64,000 nt of DNA, taken from NCBI GenBank assembly GCA_964247055.1, contig OZ176050.1, positions 8,184,001 to 8,248,000 on the forward strand, given 5' to 3'. The position numbers were made by a program, and so were the translations under genes. The stretch comes from Paragordius varius (lineage: Eukaryota > Animalia > Nematomorpha). The notes beneath the pieces were generated by a model. The model did not search any database and had not been told where the DNA came from. It saw only the letters and a list, made by a program, of their open reading frames with translations. Positions 63,534-64,000 of the stretch are shown here, piece after piece. How positions within the stretch are numbered: the first letter of the stretch is position 1; each line of letters opens with the position of its first letter.

Positions 63534-64000
63534 ATGGAAACAGATATTAATTATATTATATCCCAATGTTTATCGAAACATGCATTAAAACGTATGTTCA
63601 AATTTAAAATGTTATATTTAAAAAATATATTCTGGCTATTGGTATGTATAATTTATGCTGTTGAAAGAATTTTATTTAATAATTATATTTTTACACCAGT
63701 TATGTTTGGAGGCTGTTTCGATAAACATCTTTACCAATTCCATATTTTCTGAGAACATTGAAGAAAATGACATTGAATACCCCAAAATTAATAGTTTGAG
63801 ACAAATGCCTGGTTTTTTATCTACTGAACTTCATATTGATAATAAAACATACAAACTAGATAATATAAAAACAATGCAACTACATAAATTAAAACATTGG
63901 CCTAATACTAAAAAATTGGCCACATACATAAAAGAATCAGAAAATGCCATCAATTTTAAAAAACAACACCAAAGAAGTCACCCTCTTAAAAAATCAAAAA
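63534..64000 (+). CDS. Hypothetical protein, runs off the window end
   Basis: Stop-free frame from 63655 to 64000 (at least 115 codons) in very AT-rich DNA. A possible first exon starts at 63534. No homolog was recognised. Confidence 0.4.

Noticed and set aside
868-63752. Most short ORFs in the supplied track (for example 868-1167, 5296-5607, 6572-6811, 12019-12255, 27283-27558, 35843-36085, 51589-51881, 58550-58777)
   Set aside because: They are antisense shadows of real exons, or chance frames within MITEs and Helitrons, often with non-ATG starts.
1-64000. Ciliate origin or an alternative genetic code as the explanation for in-frame stops and tiny introns
   Set aside because: Genes end at standard TAA/TAG codons, internal stops disappear on removing GT-AG micro-introns, and NRF1/EWG and the FHL architecture are animal-type.
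1-64000. tRNA, rRNA or snRNA genes
   Set aside because: No cloverleaf with A/B boxes and no recognisable rRNA or snRNA sequence was seen by eye. Divergent ncRNAs could have been missed without a covariance-model search.

Overview
This is AT-rich eukaryotic genomic DNA, almost certainly from an animal. By manual exon stitching I recognise seven intron-containing genes: BOLA3 (-), ERCC1 (+), DCTN4/dynactin p62 (+), USO1/p115 (-), a PCGF3/5-type Polycomb RING gene (-), an FHL/limpet four-and-a-half-LIM gene (+) and NRF1/erect wing (-). A few further putative genes could not be identified. The most striking property is a class of ultra-short GT-AG introns of 21-28 nt. Most are required to restore conserved reading frames, and they sit beside kb-long transposon-filled introns. 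BOLA3 and ERCC1 are head-to-head, with inferred start codons only 22 bp apart. The TE load includes a piggyBac-type MITE family (TTAA), decayed hAT Charlie/SPIN-like and Blackjack elements, non-autonomous Helitrons, RTE-like LINE fragments and Harbinger fossils. One Helitron carries a precisely inserted GT...AG-bounded array of ~160-bp repeats. A ~5-kb palindromic Harbinger composite containing a foldback element with mirrored 21-bp arrays fills DCTN4 intron 3. Tiny introns of this kind suggest a reduced animal lineage such as myxozoan cnidarians or dicyemids, but that is inference only. All homology calls come from recalled protein sequences rather than database searches. Internal exon boundaries are manual and may be off by a few nt. 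No rRNA, tRNA or CRISPR array was seen.
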